Assembly (NCBI GenBank): GCA_018675685.1
Contig: JABGXP010000014.1
Location: forward strand, 81,288 to 145,287
Origin: a bacterium
Lineage (GTDB): Bacteria; Patescibacteriota; Minisyncoccia; Moranbacterales; DUUL01
Length of the DNA stretch: 64,000 nt
Direction of reading: 5' to 3'
Position numbers and translations under genes: made by a program. Each line of letters starts with the position of its first letter. The stretch's first letter is position 1. The notes below the pieces were generated by a model, which was not told the origin of the DNA, made no database searches, and saw nothing but the letters and a program-made list of their open reading frames with translations. This document shows positions 27,951 through 36,050 of the stretch, piece after piece.

Positions 27951-30650
27951 CTAAAGTGAGATCCTTAGAATATCACCATTTTTAGTGCTAATAAATGCTC
28001 GATCCTGTTTTTCATTGACCCAGAAGTGTTCAGCATCTATGAATTTTTCACTGAATTTTTTCACTGTCTCCGATTGATTGCTCTTTAAAATCTTCATAAG
28101 AACCCCGTTTTTTGAGTCCAAAGAATATATATTACTTGGTTGAGACCTAGTTTCGATATCGACAATTCTTGTCTCTTCATAATCATCATTTTTTGCAGAG
28201 AAAGAAGTTTTTAATTTTCCTTCAAAGTATTGTTGAATTTCTCCGTTTTCAGATGCCACCAAAAGTGAATCATCAACCGCTAAGTCAATTGCTGCTGAAA
28301 AGAATTGTTGGTTCGGTATCCTGATTTTATAATTATGAAAACCTCCTGGTTTGCGAGGAAATTGATAGATATTCTTTGAATTATTATCAAGAATATAAAG
28401 ATATTGGAGATAAACCCCAGCTCCTCCAATGGCAAGATTGTTAGGGAGTTTAATATCAACATCTGTAAAGCGATTTGTTACGGGGCTATAAGAAAAAACA
28501 CGCTTTTCTGAAATAAGGAAGACCAGTCTAAGGGTCGGCATAGATACAAGTGTTTTGGTTTCTTTCATATCATTCTTAAGAGGGACTTCTTTCAAATTAT
28601 TATTGGTGATGTCTAATCGGAAGAATTTTCCTGAAGCTGTGAGGATGAATAATTCGTCCTTATCTCCAGTTAAAGCTTTAATCTCCTCATTAACAGCTGC
28701 TATTGTTGTTGTTTCTGTCTCACTTTCGGAACCTCCTCTTTTTTGATCATTTATTATCTCGGTAGTTGAGGTTTCATTGAAAGCTTTATTTCCAATTAAT
28801 TTAGACAAAAATGAGAATAAGAAAATCAACGCCAAGAGAGAAATCGTGCCTATAAGAATTATTTTTTTGTATTTTCTTGTAAGCAAAACAAACTTTCTCT
28901 TGAGTCTCCCCAAATCTTTTTGTTTTGAGATTGCTATAACAGAGGTAATTGAACTCGTCATGGCATCTCGAAAAGAAGTTTTTATTTGTGTATCAGTTGG
29001 TTTTGTACTTTCGCTGGCAATGTTATTTCCCTTCCCGATTCTCTTCTCTCCAGAGACAAGAGAATTAATCTTAGCATGCATAGCTGTGTAGAGCTCCTTG
29101 ATTTTTTCTGTCAATTTAAGGAATATAGACTTTAGCTCATTCAGAATCCTTTGAAAATCAATTAAATCAAGTTTCTCTTTCACTTTTTTTAAATAGACGC
29201 CAATGGTTCTTCGAACACTCTTGGCTTGTTTTTCTTTAAATGTAGACTCTTCTTTTTTTCGTATCTCTCCATTTTTTACACGCATAAACTCTCTTTCTTT
29301 ACGAATCGTTTCTTTTTCTGCCTCCATTTTTTCTTGCTCCTCTAGTTCTTTCGATGGTTCAATGGGGTAGGATATGCTGTTATTGAAAGAGAGGTCTTTT
29401 ATGTTGTCATCTGATTTCCCAAGCTTAATTTTCGAAATTAAAGGGATTGAACTTGCTGAAATATTGTTATTTTTTTTCAAATCCTCAAGAGTTTTTTTGG
29501 CTTTATTTAAAATAGAATTAAAGCTCTTCTCATTGGTGTCGTCAATTTCCTTCATTTCAAGAACTTCTTTATTCCCATCAGCTTCTTTAATAAAAAGTTC
29601 CGGTTGCTCTTCAAACGGAGAAATAGGAGATGATCCCACAGTTTTGTTTTTTTGTTCCGTAGGCGCAGTTGGTTTGTTCGGAATATTCACTGCCCCTTTC
29701 TTTGCCTTTTTAGACAATTCTATTTCTCCGTCTCTTGTCTTTTTTGGTATTAATGAGGAGATTGGGGCCTCTGTCGTGATACTAACTTCTTTGTCTTTGG
29801 TATTTTTAGTCTCCTGTTCTATGTTTTTTAGTGAGCGGCATCTTTTGCCTAGAGAGGTCTTTGGAGTGAACGCTTCACTTTCTCCAAAAAAATTAAGCTT
29901 TGCGAGATCTTTTTCTTTTGGAGCCGAAGTCACGCTTTTCTCTTTGATGTTAGTGATAACAACCCCCACATCCTCTCCCTCTAAGTCCAAAGTTGATTTG
30001 AGAATATTATCAAATTCACTGGAAGTAAAGGTTTTTGTGTGGCGAGTGATTTCCTCCCAAGAAAGGGAGTCAAAAAGTTTCTTTGTTGAAAAAATAAGTT
30101 TATCTCCAATTGAGAGTTCACCATAAGAAATATCAGAAAATGTTTTCACAGGGTGCACGTTTTTTTCCTCATTTAACCCCTTTGATATTTCAGCAATTTT
30201 TTTATTCTTGGAGAGAAAAATTTGTCCATTCCCAAGCTTAGTAAAATGGAGTTCATTTCCGCTGATAACTCCAATAACAGCATCTAAATTATTGATCCAG
30301 TTTGTTATTTCATGTTGAGCAAGATCCTCTAATGCCAGGTTGATCTTATTAAGGGCACTTCCAAAACTTTCCTCTGTTCCCCTGTTTGGTTTTAAGAAGA
30401 ATTCTCGCTTAATCACCTGGGAAAGAAGATTCGGAAGATAGGCGGATCCTTCTGAGTTGTCATTACTTCTGATTATACCAAAAAGGTCTCCCAATTTACG
30501 TTGGGCTGGATTCTCTCCCTCAAAATGAAAAGTGTTTGAAAATGGTTGCAAAGCTTTATCTTTACAGACCGCCACCAAGAAGGAATCTAATTCAATTTCA
30601 ATTTTAGATTTTTTTTCTTTAATATTGTTGTGCATAGCAAAATATTTCAA
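27951..30650 (-). CDS. large membrane protein: N-terminal PP2C/SpoIIE-like domain, K/E-rich linker, one TM, C-terminal beta-propeller-like ectodomain
   Basis: The N-terminal roughly 240 aa follows a PP2C-like layout (GDLFGIIRS...; DAVIGVISGNELHFTKLGNGQIFL; LSIGDKLIFSTKKLFD; GEDVGVVITNI). The TM is IILIGTISLLALIFLFSFL. The C-terminal roughly 290 aa consists of repeated beta units. The start is either TTG 30650 or ATG 30635. Confidence 0.55.
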   Translation of the reverse strand: MKYFAMHNNIKEKKSKIEIELDSFLVAVCKDKALQPFSNTFHFEGENPAQRKLGDLFGIIRSNDNSEGSAYLPNLLSQVIKREFFLKPNRGTEESFGSALNKINLALEDLAQHEITNWINNLDAVIGVISGNELHFTKLGNGQIFLSKNKKIAEISKGLNEEKNVHPVKTFSDISYGELSIGDKLIFSTKKLFDSLSWEEITRHTKTFTSSEFDNILKSTLDLEGEDVGVVITNIKEKSVTSAPKEKDLAKLNFFGESEAFTPKTSLGKRCRSLKNIEQETKNTKDKEVSITTEAPISSLIPKKTRDGEIELSKKAKKGAVNIPNKPTAPTEQKNKTVGSSPISPFEEQPELFIKEADGNKEVLEMKEIDDTNEKSFNSILNKAKKTLEDLKKNNNISASSIPLISKIKLGKSDDNIKDLSFNNSISYPIEPSKELEEQEKMEAEKETIRKEREFMRVKNGEIRKKEESTFKEKQAKSVRRTIGVYLKKVKEKLDLIDFQRILNELKSIFLKLTEKIKELYTAMHAKINSLVSGEKRIGKGNNIASESTKPTDTQIKTSFRDAMTSSITSVIAISKQKDLGRLKRKFVLLTRKYKKIILIGTISLLALIFLFSFLSKLIGNKAFNETSTTEIINDQKRGGSESETETTTIAAVNEEIKALTGDKDELFILTASGKFFRLDITNNNLKEVPLKNDMKETKTLVSMPTLRLVFLISEKRVFSYSPVTNRFTDVDIKLPNNLAIGGAGVYLQYLYILDNNSKNIYQFPRKPGGFHNYKIRIPNQQFFSAAIDLAVDDSLLVASENGEIQQYFEGKLKTSFSAKNDDYEETRIVDIETRSQPSNIYSLDSKNGVLMKILKSNQSETVKKFSEKFIDAEHFWVNEKQDRAFISTKNGDILRISL

Positions 30651-30688
30651 GGAGACAACCAGTCTCCACGATATCGCTTTTCTTCTTT

Positions 30689-30717
30689 ATTATAAAGCAA
30701 CTCTATTTTTTGTGCAA
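30689..30717 (-). promoter_or_regulatory. putative promoter for the 899-aa gene
   Basis: On the minus strand: TTGCAC (30717-30712), 17-nt spacer, TATAAT (30694-30689). Confidence 0.45.
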
Positions 30718-30750
30718 AGAAAAGAGGATAAAGTTATGTTAAAGAATTTC

Positions 30751-30785
30751 AAAAAAGACGGTTTGCTAAATTTTAGCAAACCGTC
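30751..30785 (-). terminator. rho-independent terminator (minus strand) after the 66-aa gene
   Basis: Perfect inverted repeat gacggtttgctaaa / tttagcaaaccgtc (30757-30785). The plus-strand AAAAAA at 30751-30756 gives the T-run on the minus strand. Confidence 0.6.
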
Positions 30786-30831
30786 TGTTCCAATTGAGAG
30801 TAAAATGTACAAGGTGGAACCTCCGATTGAA

Positions 30832-31032
30832 TTAGAGTATTGCTCTGGGTGCACGTTTTTTCCAGTTCCATGGAAAAACGTTGAATTGGTCGCCAAACAT
30901 AATCATTAATCCAGCAATAAATGTGGTGAAAAAACTGCAAATACAGCAAGAGGCAAGAAAAAGAGCCTCTCCAGTTCCGTGGCTACGGTTTGCTTGGCAA
31001 ATTTTTTCCAACGAAGGTTGATACTGTTCCAT
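30832..31032 (-). CDS. hypothetical small Cys-rich membrane protein (66 aa)
   Basis: GGAG lies 8 nt upstream of the ATG. Hydrophobic core ALFLASCCICSFFTTFIAGLMIMF. It has a dedicated downstream terminator and is divergent from hrcA. Confidence 0.4.
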   Translation of the reverse strand: MEQYQPSLEKICQANRSHGTGEALFLASCCICSFFTTFIAGLMIMFGDQFNVFPWNWKKRAPRAIL

Positions 31033-31104
31033 AAGATATCTCCTCTTCTTTTGATTGAAAGAATCAAGCTATTAACAGTTTTAATTATATGCTAAGTAAA
31101 AAGA

Positions 31105-31133
31105 TTTGACAAATATTTGGAGCTGTCATACAA
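31105..31133 (+). promoter_or_regulatory. promoter of the hrcA-grpE-dnaK operon
   Basis: TTGACA (31105-31110), 17-nt spacer, TACAAT (31128-31133). Confidence 0.6.
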
Positions 31134-31138
31134 TGATA

Positions 31139-31165
31139 TTAGCAGTCGATGGGGTAGAGTGCTAA
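31139..31165 (+). promoter_or_regulatory. CIRCE operator (HrcA binding site)
   Basis: TAAGCAGTC-N9-GAGTGCTAA compared with the consensus TTAGCACTC-N9-GAGTGCTAA. The right arm is perfect and the left arm has 2 mismatches. It lies immediately downstream of the -10. Confidence 0.7.
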
Positions 31166-31187
31166 ATAACGAATTAACAAAAAATAG

Positions 31188-31958
31188 ATGCTTTCAGACA
31201 GACAAGGAAAAATTCTAGCGTTAATCGTTCAAGAGTACACAAGATCGGCAGTCCCAGTCAGCAGCTCTTCTATTATGAAGGCTTTTAGAGAAAATATTTC
31301 TTCAGCAACAATTCGAAATGAAATGTTCGAACTTGAGAGAATAGGGTTTCTATTGAAACCACATGTTTCAGCAGGTAGAACACCATCAGACGCTGGATAT
31401 CGATACTTTATTGACAATCTTTTGAAAAATCGCAAACTCACACAAGATGATCAAAAGACGTTGCAAGTCGAGATGCTAAAGTTGAAAGCGCAAAATACGA
31501 GACTTTCAAGAACTCTTGCAAAAACACTCTCAACAACATCAAGATGCATGGCTTTGTCAGGAATGATTGAAAAAAAGGACTATTATGATTTTGGAATGCA
31601 CACATTGATGGATGATCCAGAATTCAACGAACTCGATGAAGTTTCGCGAATTGCTGCCTCACTTGACGTGATTGATGAGAAAATGGAGAAACTTCTAGAC
31701 CACCTAGAAGACGGAGAAATAAGAATATTCATCGGAGAAGAGAATCCAATTGAAGAGATTCGTAAATGTTCCATGATTATTTCACCATATCGACTGGAAA
31801 ACGGTGAACGAGGAGTCTTGGCGATTATTGGCCCTAAAAGGATGGAATATGGAAAGAACAAGAATTTAATTGATTTTGTAAGTGGATTCTTCAGTAATAA
31901 AAGCACAAAAGCTTTCTTCATAACAGCGACAACAGCGAATTTAGTTAACTTAATTTAG
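31188..31958 (+). CDS. hrcA: heat-inducible transcription repressor HrcA (short form, 256 aa)
   Basis: LSDRQGKILALIVQEYTRSAVPVSSSSI...SSATIRNEMFELERIGFLLKPHVSAGRTPSDAGYRYFID, the canonical HrcA winged-helix N-terminus. Confidence 0.88.
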   Translation: MLSDRQGKILALIVQEYTRSAVPVSSSSIMKAFRENISSATIRNEMFELERIGFLLKPHVSAGRTPSDAGYRYFIDNLLKNRKLTQDDQKTLQVEMLKLKAQNTRLSRTLAKTLSTTSRCMALSGMIEKKDYYDFGMHTLMDDPEFNELDEVSRIAASLDVIDEKMEKLLDHLEDGEIRIFIGEENPIEEIRKCSMIISPYRLENGERGVLAIIGPKRMEYGKNKNLIDFVSGFFSNKSTKAFFITATTANLVNLI

Positions 31959-32023
31959 CAAAGCTTAGAGCCCAAGCGCATATCAATAGAATAAGCAGGA
32001 TTAATAAAAAAAATAAAATAGCG

Positions 32024-32956
32024 ATGATGAACTTAGGGAGAAAAATTAAAAATAAGCAACAAACCGAAGATAAGATGAAAAAAGATAATTTTGATTTTGA
32101 AAACAGTAGTATACGACCGATGGCAATTACAGTGAAGATTGTAGTTTTAAACTCCGATCAGAAAGTTCTTCTCTTAAAAAGGAGCAAAAAGTCTTTGAAT
32201 CCGAAGAAATGGGACTTGCCGGGTGGGCATATCGACGAAGGAGAGTCTATAGAAGAAACAATCAAGAGAGAGGTCTTGGAAGAAACAGGGCTTTCTGTAG
32301 AGATTGGGCCAATCATCAACGTAGTTGAGTTTGCCAAGGATCACAAGGCATTTAAAGAGGAAAAAAGAGGTTTGCGATATATTGCACTAACAACTGATAC
32401 GGAAGTTGTACTAAACGAGGACGAGCATTCAGAATTCAAATGGCTTTCCTTTGATGAAGCAATTGCTAGCTTGGAAGACAAGGGGTTTGAAGGGGAGAAA
32501 AAACAAACCATCAAAGAAGCGAAAAATCGAATGGAACTCGAAAAATCATTAAATGGTTGGCACAGAACACTAGCCGAGTTTGATAATTTTAAAAAGAGAA
32601 CTGAAAAATCAAATGATGAATTCCGAAAATTTTGCCTCGAAAACTTTATCATGGAACTTTTACCAGTAATTGACAACTTTGAAATGGCAACGCAGCATAT
32701 TCCGACAGAACAACAGGAAGAGGGATGGGTTGTGGGCGTGATGCATATTAAAAATCAACTACTTGGAGTTTTGGAGGCTAATGGAGTGACAGAAGTTCCC
32801 ACCGCAAAAGGAGATGATGTAAATGAATCGATCCATGAGATACTGAAAGCTTCAGAAAAAAAAGATGGTGAAGGCGGAAAGGTTAAGAAGGTTTTGAAGA
32901 AGGGGTATCAAATCGAAAAGCGGATAATTCGACCAGCGACCATTGAAGTAGAATGA
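32024..32956 (+). CDS. grpE: Nudix hydrolase domain fused to nucleotide exchange factor GrpE
   Basis: Residues about 35-160 carry a full Nudix box, GGHIDEGESIEETIKREVLEETGL (GX5EX7REUXEEXGU). Residues about 175-310 are GrpE (HRTLAEFDNFKKRTEKS, LLPVIDNFEMA, GVMHIKNQL, KKGYQIEKRIIRPATIEV). Confidence 0.85.
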   Translation: MMNLGRKIKNKQQTEDKMKKDNFDFENSSIRPMAITVKIVVLNSDQKVLLLKRSKKSLNPKKWDLPGGHIDEGESIEETIKREVLEETGLSVEIGPIINVVEFAKDHKAFKEEKRGLRYIALTTDTEVVLNEDEHSEFKWLSFDEAIASLEDKGFEGEKKQTIKEAKNRMELEKSLNGWHRTLAEFDNFKKRTEKSNDEFRKFCLENFIMELLPVIDNFEMATQHIPTEQQEEGWVVGVMHIKNQLLGVLEANGVTEVPTAKGDDVNESIHEILKASEKKDGEGGKVKKVLKKGYQIEKRIIRPATIEVE

Positions 32957-33105
32957 TAAGTTGCATTGAAATGAAAGACGAATAAATAGTTTGAGTGCAT
33001 ATCTTGGTGATATTTCTTGTCGCCAAGGATATGGATTTAAAATAAGGGAGGGACAACCCCTGTAAAAATAGATCCAATTTTAATAAGTTAAGTGAAAATA
33101 AAGTT

Positions 33106-35049
33106 ATGGGAAAAATCCTAGGAATCGATTTAGGAACAACCAACTCTGCGATGGCTATCGTGGAAGGCGGAACTCCTGAGATCGTAGAAAACAAAGAAGG
33201 GAACAGAACAACTCCTTCAGTAGTCGCGATTAATAAAGGTGGTGAAAGATTAGTAGGTCTTTTAGCAAAAAGGCAAGCTGTGACAAATCATGAGAATACA
33301 ATCTATTCAGCAAAACGTTTGATTGGGCGAAAGTTTTCAGATGCAGAGGTAAAGGAAACTGCTACAAAACTTCCTTTTAAAATTACTTCAGGTAAAAATG
33401 AAGCCGTTAATATCACAATGAACGGAAAAGCATACCGACCAGCTGAAATTTCAGCAATGGTTTTGCAGAAATTAAAAGCTGATGCAGAGGAAAAACTCGG
33501 AGAAAAAATCGAAGAAGCTGTGATTACAGTTCCTGCATATTTTGACGATGCTCAAAGAAAAGCGACAAAAGATGCTGGAGAAATTGCTGGGCTCAAGGTG
33601 ATGCGAATCATCAATGAACCAACAGCTGCAGCACTTGCGTATGGTTTTAACAAGAAAAAAGACGAAAAAATTGCTGTCTATGATCTTGGAGGAGGAACTT
33701 TCGATATTTCAATTTTGGAAGTTGCTGAAGACACTGTGGAAGTTAAAGCTACAAATGGTGATACTTATCTTGGTGGAGATGATTTTGATGAAAAAATCAT
33801 AACTTGGATTCTAGATGAATTCAAGAAAGCAGAAGGAATTGATCTTTCAAAAGATCCACTTGCTCTTCAGAGAATCAAAGAATCTGCTGAGAAAGCGAAA
33901 ATTGAACTTTCAACAGCACAAGAAAGTGAAATCAACCAACCATTTATCACTTCAGGTGATGATGGACCAAAACATCTTGTGATGAAAATTTCAAGAGCTA
34001 AATTGGAAGAACTAGTAGGAGATTTAGTAGACAAAACACTTGAACCAGTGAAAAAGGCATTGGCTGACGCAAAATTCAAAGCAGCTGATATCAATGAAAT
34101 TGTGATGGTTGGAGGAATGACAAGAATGCCATTGGTTTTGAAGAGAGTAGAAGAATTCTTTGGAAAGAAACCATCGACCAGTGTTAATCCAGATGAAGTT
34201 GTGGCAATGGGTGCTGCAATTCAGGGTGGAGTTCTTCAAGGCGATGTCAAAGATGTATTGTTACTTGATGTGACACCACTTACTCTTGGAATTGAAACAA
34301 TGGGTGGAGTTTTAACACCACTTATTGAACGAAATACTACAATTCCAACAACAAAGTCACAAATATTTTCAACTGCAGCTGATAATCAACCTGGTGTTGA
34401 AATTCATGTTTTGCAGGGTGAACGAAAAATGGCTGCAGACAGCAAACCACTTGGAAGATTTATGTTGGATGGAATTCCACCAGCACCAAGAGGAGTGCCA
34501 CAAGTTGAAGTTTCTTTCGACATCGATGCAAATGGAATCTTGAATGTAAAAGCAATTGACAAAGCAACAAATAAAGAGCAATCAATTCGTATTGAAGCTT
34601 CAAGCGGAATGTCTGAGGAAGAGATTGAGAAAATGAAAAAGGATGCTGAACTGCATGCTGAAGAAGACAAAAAGAAAGCTGAGGAAATTGAAATAAAGAA
34701 CACAGCTGATGCAATCGTTCATTCGACCGAAAAAACTTTTAAAGAGGTTGGAGACAAGATTTCTGATGACAAGAAAAAACCAGTTGAAGAAAAGCTTGAA
34801 GCCTTGAAAAAAATAAAAGATGGTGATGACTTTGAGGCAATCAAAAAAGCTTCTGAAGAGCTTTCAACTGAGGCTCAGAAAATTGGCGAAGAGATGTATA
34901 AAGCAGCTCAAGAAGCAGAAGCAGCTAAAGCAGCACCTGAAGGAGAAGAGAAAAAAGAAGAGGGTGATGTAAAAGAGGCTGAAGTTGAAGAAAAAGAAGA
35001 AGAAAAGAAGGAAGAGAAGAAAGACGAAAAAGAAGAAGAAAAGAAATAG
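33106..35049 (+). CDS. dnaK: molecular chaperone DnaK (Hsp70), with K/E-rich tail
   Basis: [27 protein letters not shown] and the other Hsp70 signatures. The tail is [20 protein letters not shown]. Confidence 0.97.
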   Translation: MGKILGIDLGTTNSAMAIVEGGTPEIVENKEGNRTTPSVVAINKGGERLVGLLAKRQAVTNHENTIYSAKRLIGRKFSDAEVKETATKLPFKITSGKNEAVNITMNGKAYRPAEISAMVLQKLKADAEEKLGEKIEEAVITVPAYFDDAQRKATKDAGEIAGLKVMRIINEPTAAALAYGFNKKKDEKIAVYDLGGGTFDISILEVAEDTVEVKATNGDTYLGGDDFDEKIITWILDEFKKAEGIDLSKDPLALQRIKESAEKAKIELSTAQESEINQPFITSGDDGPKHLVMKISRAKLEELVGDLVDKTLEPVKKALADAKFKAADINEIVMVGGMTRMPLVLKRVEEFFGKKPSTSVNPDEVVAMGAAIQGGVLQGDVKDVLLLDVTPLTLGIETMGGVLTPLIERNTTIPTTKSQIFSTAADNQPGVEIHVLQGERKMAADSKPLGRFMLDGIPPAPRGVPQVEVSFDIDANGILNVKAIDKATNKEQSIRIEASSGMSEEEIEKMKKDAELHAEEDKKKAEEIEIKNTADAIVHSTEKTFKEVGDKISDDKKKPVEEKLEALKKIKDGDDFEAIKKASEELSTEAQKIGEEMYKAAQEAEAAKAAPEGEEKKEEGDVKEAEVEEKEEEKKEEKKDEKEEEKK

Positions 35050-35064
35050 TTCGGTTCTAGATAG

Positions 35065-35095
35065 ACGGGGGGCATCAGAGTGCCCCCCGTTTGTT
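35065..35095 (+). terminator. rho-independent terminator after dnaK
   Basis: GC-rich perfect stem acggggggca (35065-35074) / tgccccccgt (35081-35090), followed by ttgtt. Confidence 0.8.
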
Positions 35096-35137
35096 CTAAA
35101 GAGGAACTTTATTGAATTAAGGACTGAGGAGAACATA

Positions 35138-35169
35138 GTCATTACATATGTAAGTACACATGTAATGAC
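35138..35169. repeat. 32-nt near-perfect palindrome in the dnaK / DUF3467 intergenic region
   Basis: In gtcattacatatgtaagtacacatgtaatgac, 13 of 14 positions pair. It contains TACATATGTA and ACACATGTA, and a third ACACATGTA occurs at 35219-35227. Confidence 0.45.
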
Positions 35170-35285
35170 ATCACAACCTAGATAAAATTTAAGTACAAAA
35201 TCTTTCAAGTCAAAGATGAACACATGTAGTGTTAATTTACAAAAAGGGAATAAAACTAAATTAAAAATAATTAAACCCCAATAAA

Positions 35286-35591
35286 ATGAACCAAAACCAA
35301 CAACCCCAAGCGGGTCAACAACAAATCCAGATCAAAGCCAATGATGAGGATTTGAAGGGGAAGTATTCAAACACAGTCCAGATGATGCACACTAAAGAGG
35401 AATTTGTTTTAGATTTTTTGAATATCTTCCCTCCAACAGGCACACTCAATTCACGTGTGATTGTTTCTCCTTCACATTTCAAAAGAATGACTGCTGCAAT
35501 GAGCGACAATTTGAAGAAATATGAAGAGAAGTTCGGAAAGATCAAGGACGTGAAAGGGGAGGAAAGTGGAAAAATGGGATTTGTGGGATAG
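35286..35591 (+). CDS. DUF3467-family protein
   Basis: GKYSNTVQMMHTKEEFVLDFLNIFPP ... RVIVSPSHFKRMTAAMSDNLKKYEEKFG matches my recollection of the DUF3467 pattern. Confidence 0.7.
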   Translation: MNQNQQPQAGQQQIQIKANDEDLKGKYSNTVQMMHTKEEFVLDFLNIFPPTGTLNSRVIVSPSHFKRMTAAMSDNLKKYEEKFGKIKDVKGEESGKMGFVG

Positions 35592-35618
35592 GAAAAAACT
35601 AAAAACGCCGAGTTAGTC

Positions 35619-35651
35619 AACTGCGCAATTTTTTAATTGGGCAGTTTTTTT
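35619..35651 (+). terminator. putative terminator after the DUF3467 gene
   Basis: aactgcgcaatt / aattgggcagtt hairpin followed by ttttttt. Confidence 0.5.
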
Positions 35652-35747
35652 ATTTGCTAAAAAGATGAAAACGTTGTATCATCTGAAGTTGGAATTTTAG
35701 ATTTTAACGAGTACTTATTTTAAATATTTTTTTTACGGGGGTGTATC

Positions 35748-36050
35748 ATGATGGGGGGCAATCAAGAACGTGTTTGGAAACCAGTTTTTGAAATCGACAC
35801 AAGTAAAGAACCTTTTTTAACTCAAAGGATGCCAAAACCAGGAGTCTTGCATGAACTTTTTCGTTTGATGTTAAACCTAAGAGTAGTTCATTACGTTACT
35901 GATGATTTTTTGGAAGAATACAGTCCATCATTGGCAATGTTGGCAAAGGTTGAAGTTAGCAGGGGTTTCAATGTCTTTGTTAAAAAAAATTACCAGCAAG
36001 AAAAGAGTTGCAGAAACACTCAGACTTTTGCGGAAAGGAGTTATTGCTAA
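35748..36050 (+). CDS. hypothetical protein, 5' reading frame of a possibly frameshifted gene
   Basis: ORF of 100 aa. Its last roughly 25 codons overlap the next ORF, and an A8 run at 35982-35989 sits at the frame junction. Confidence 0.4.
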   Translation: MMGGNQERVWKPVFEIDTSKEPFLTQRMPKPGVLHELFRLMLNLRVVHYVTDDFLEEYSPSLAMLAKVEVSRGFNVFVKKNYQQEKSCRNTQTFAERSYC

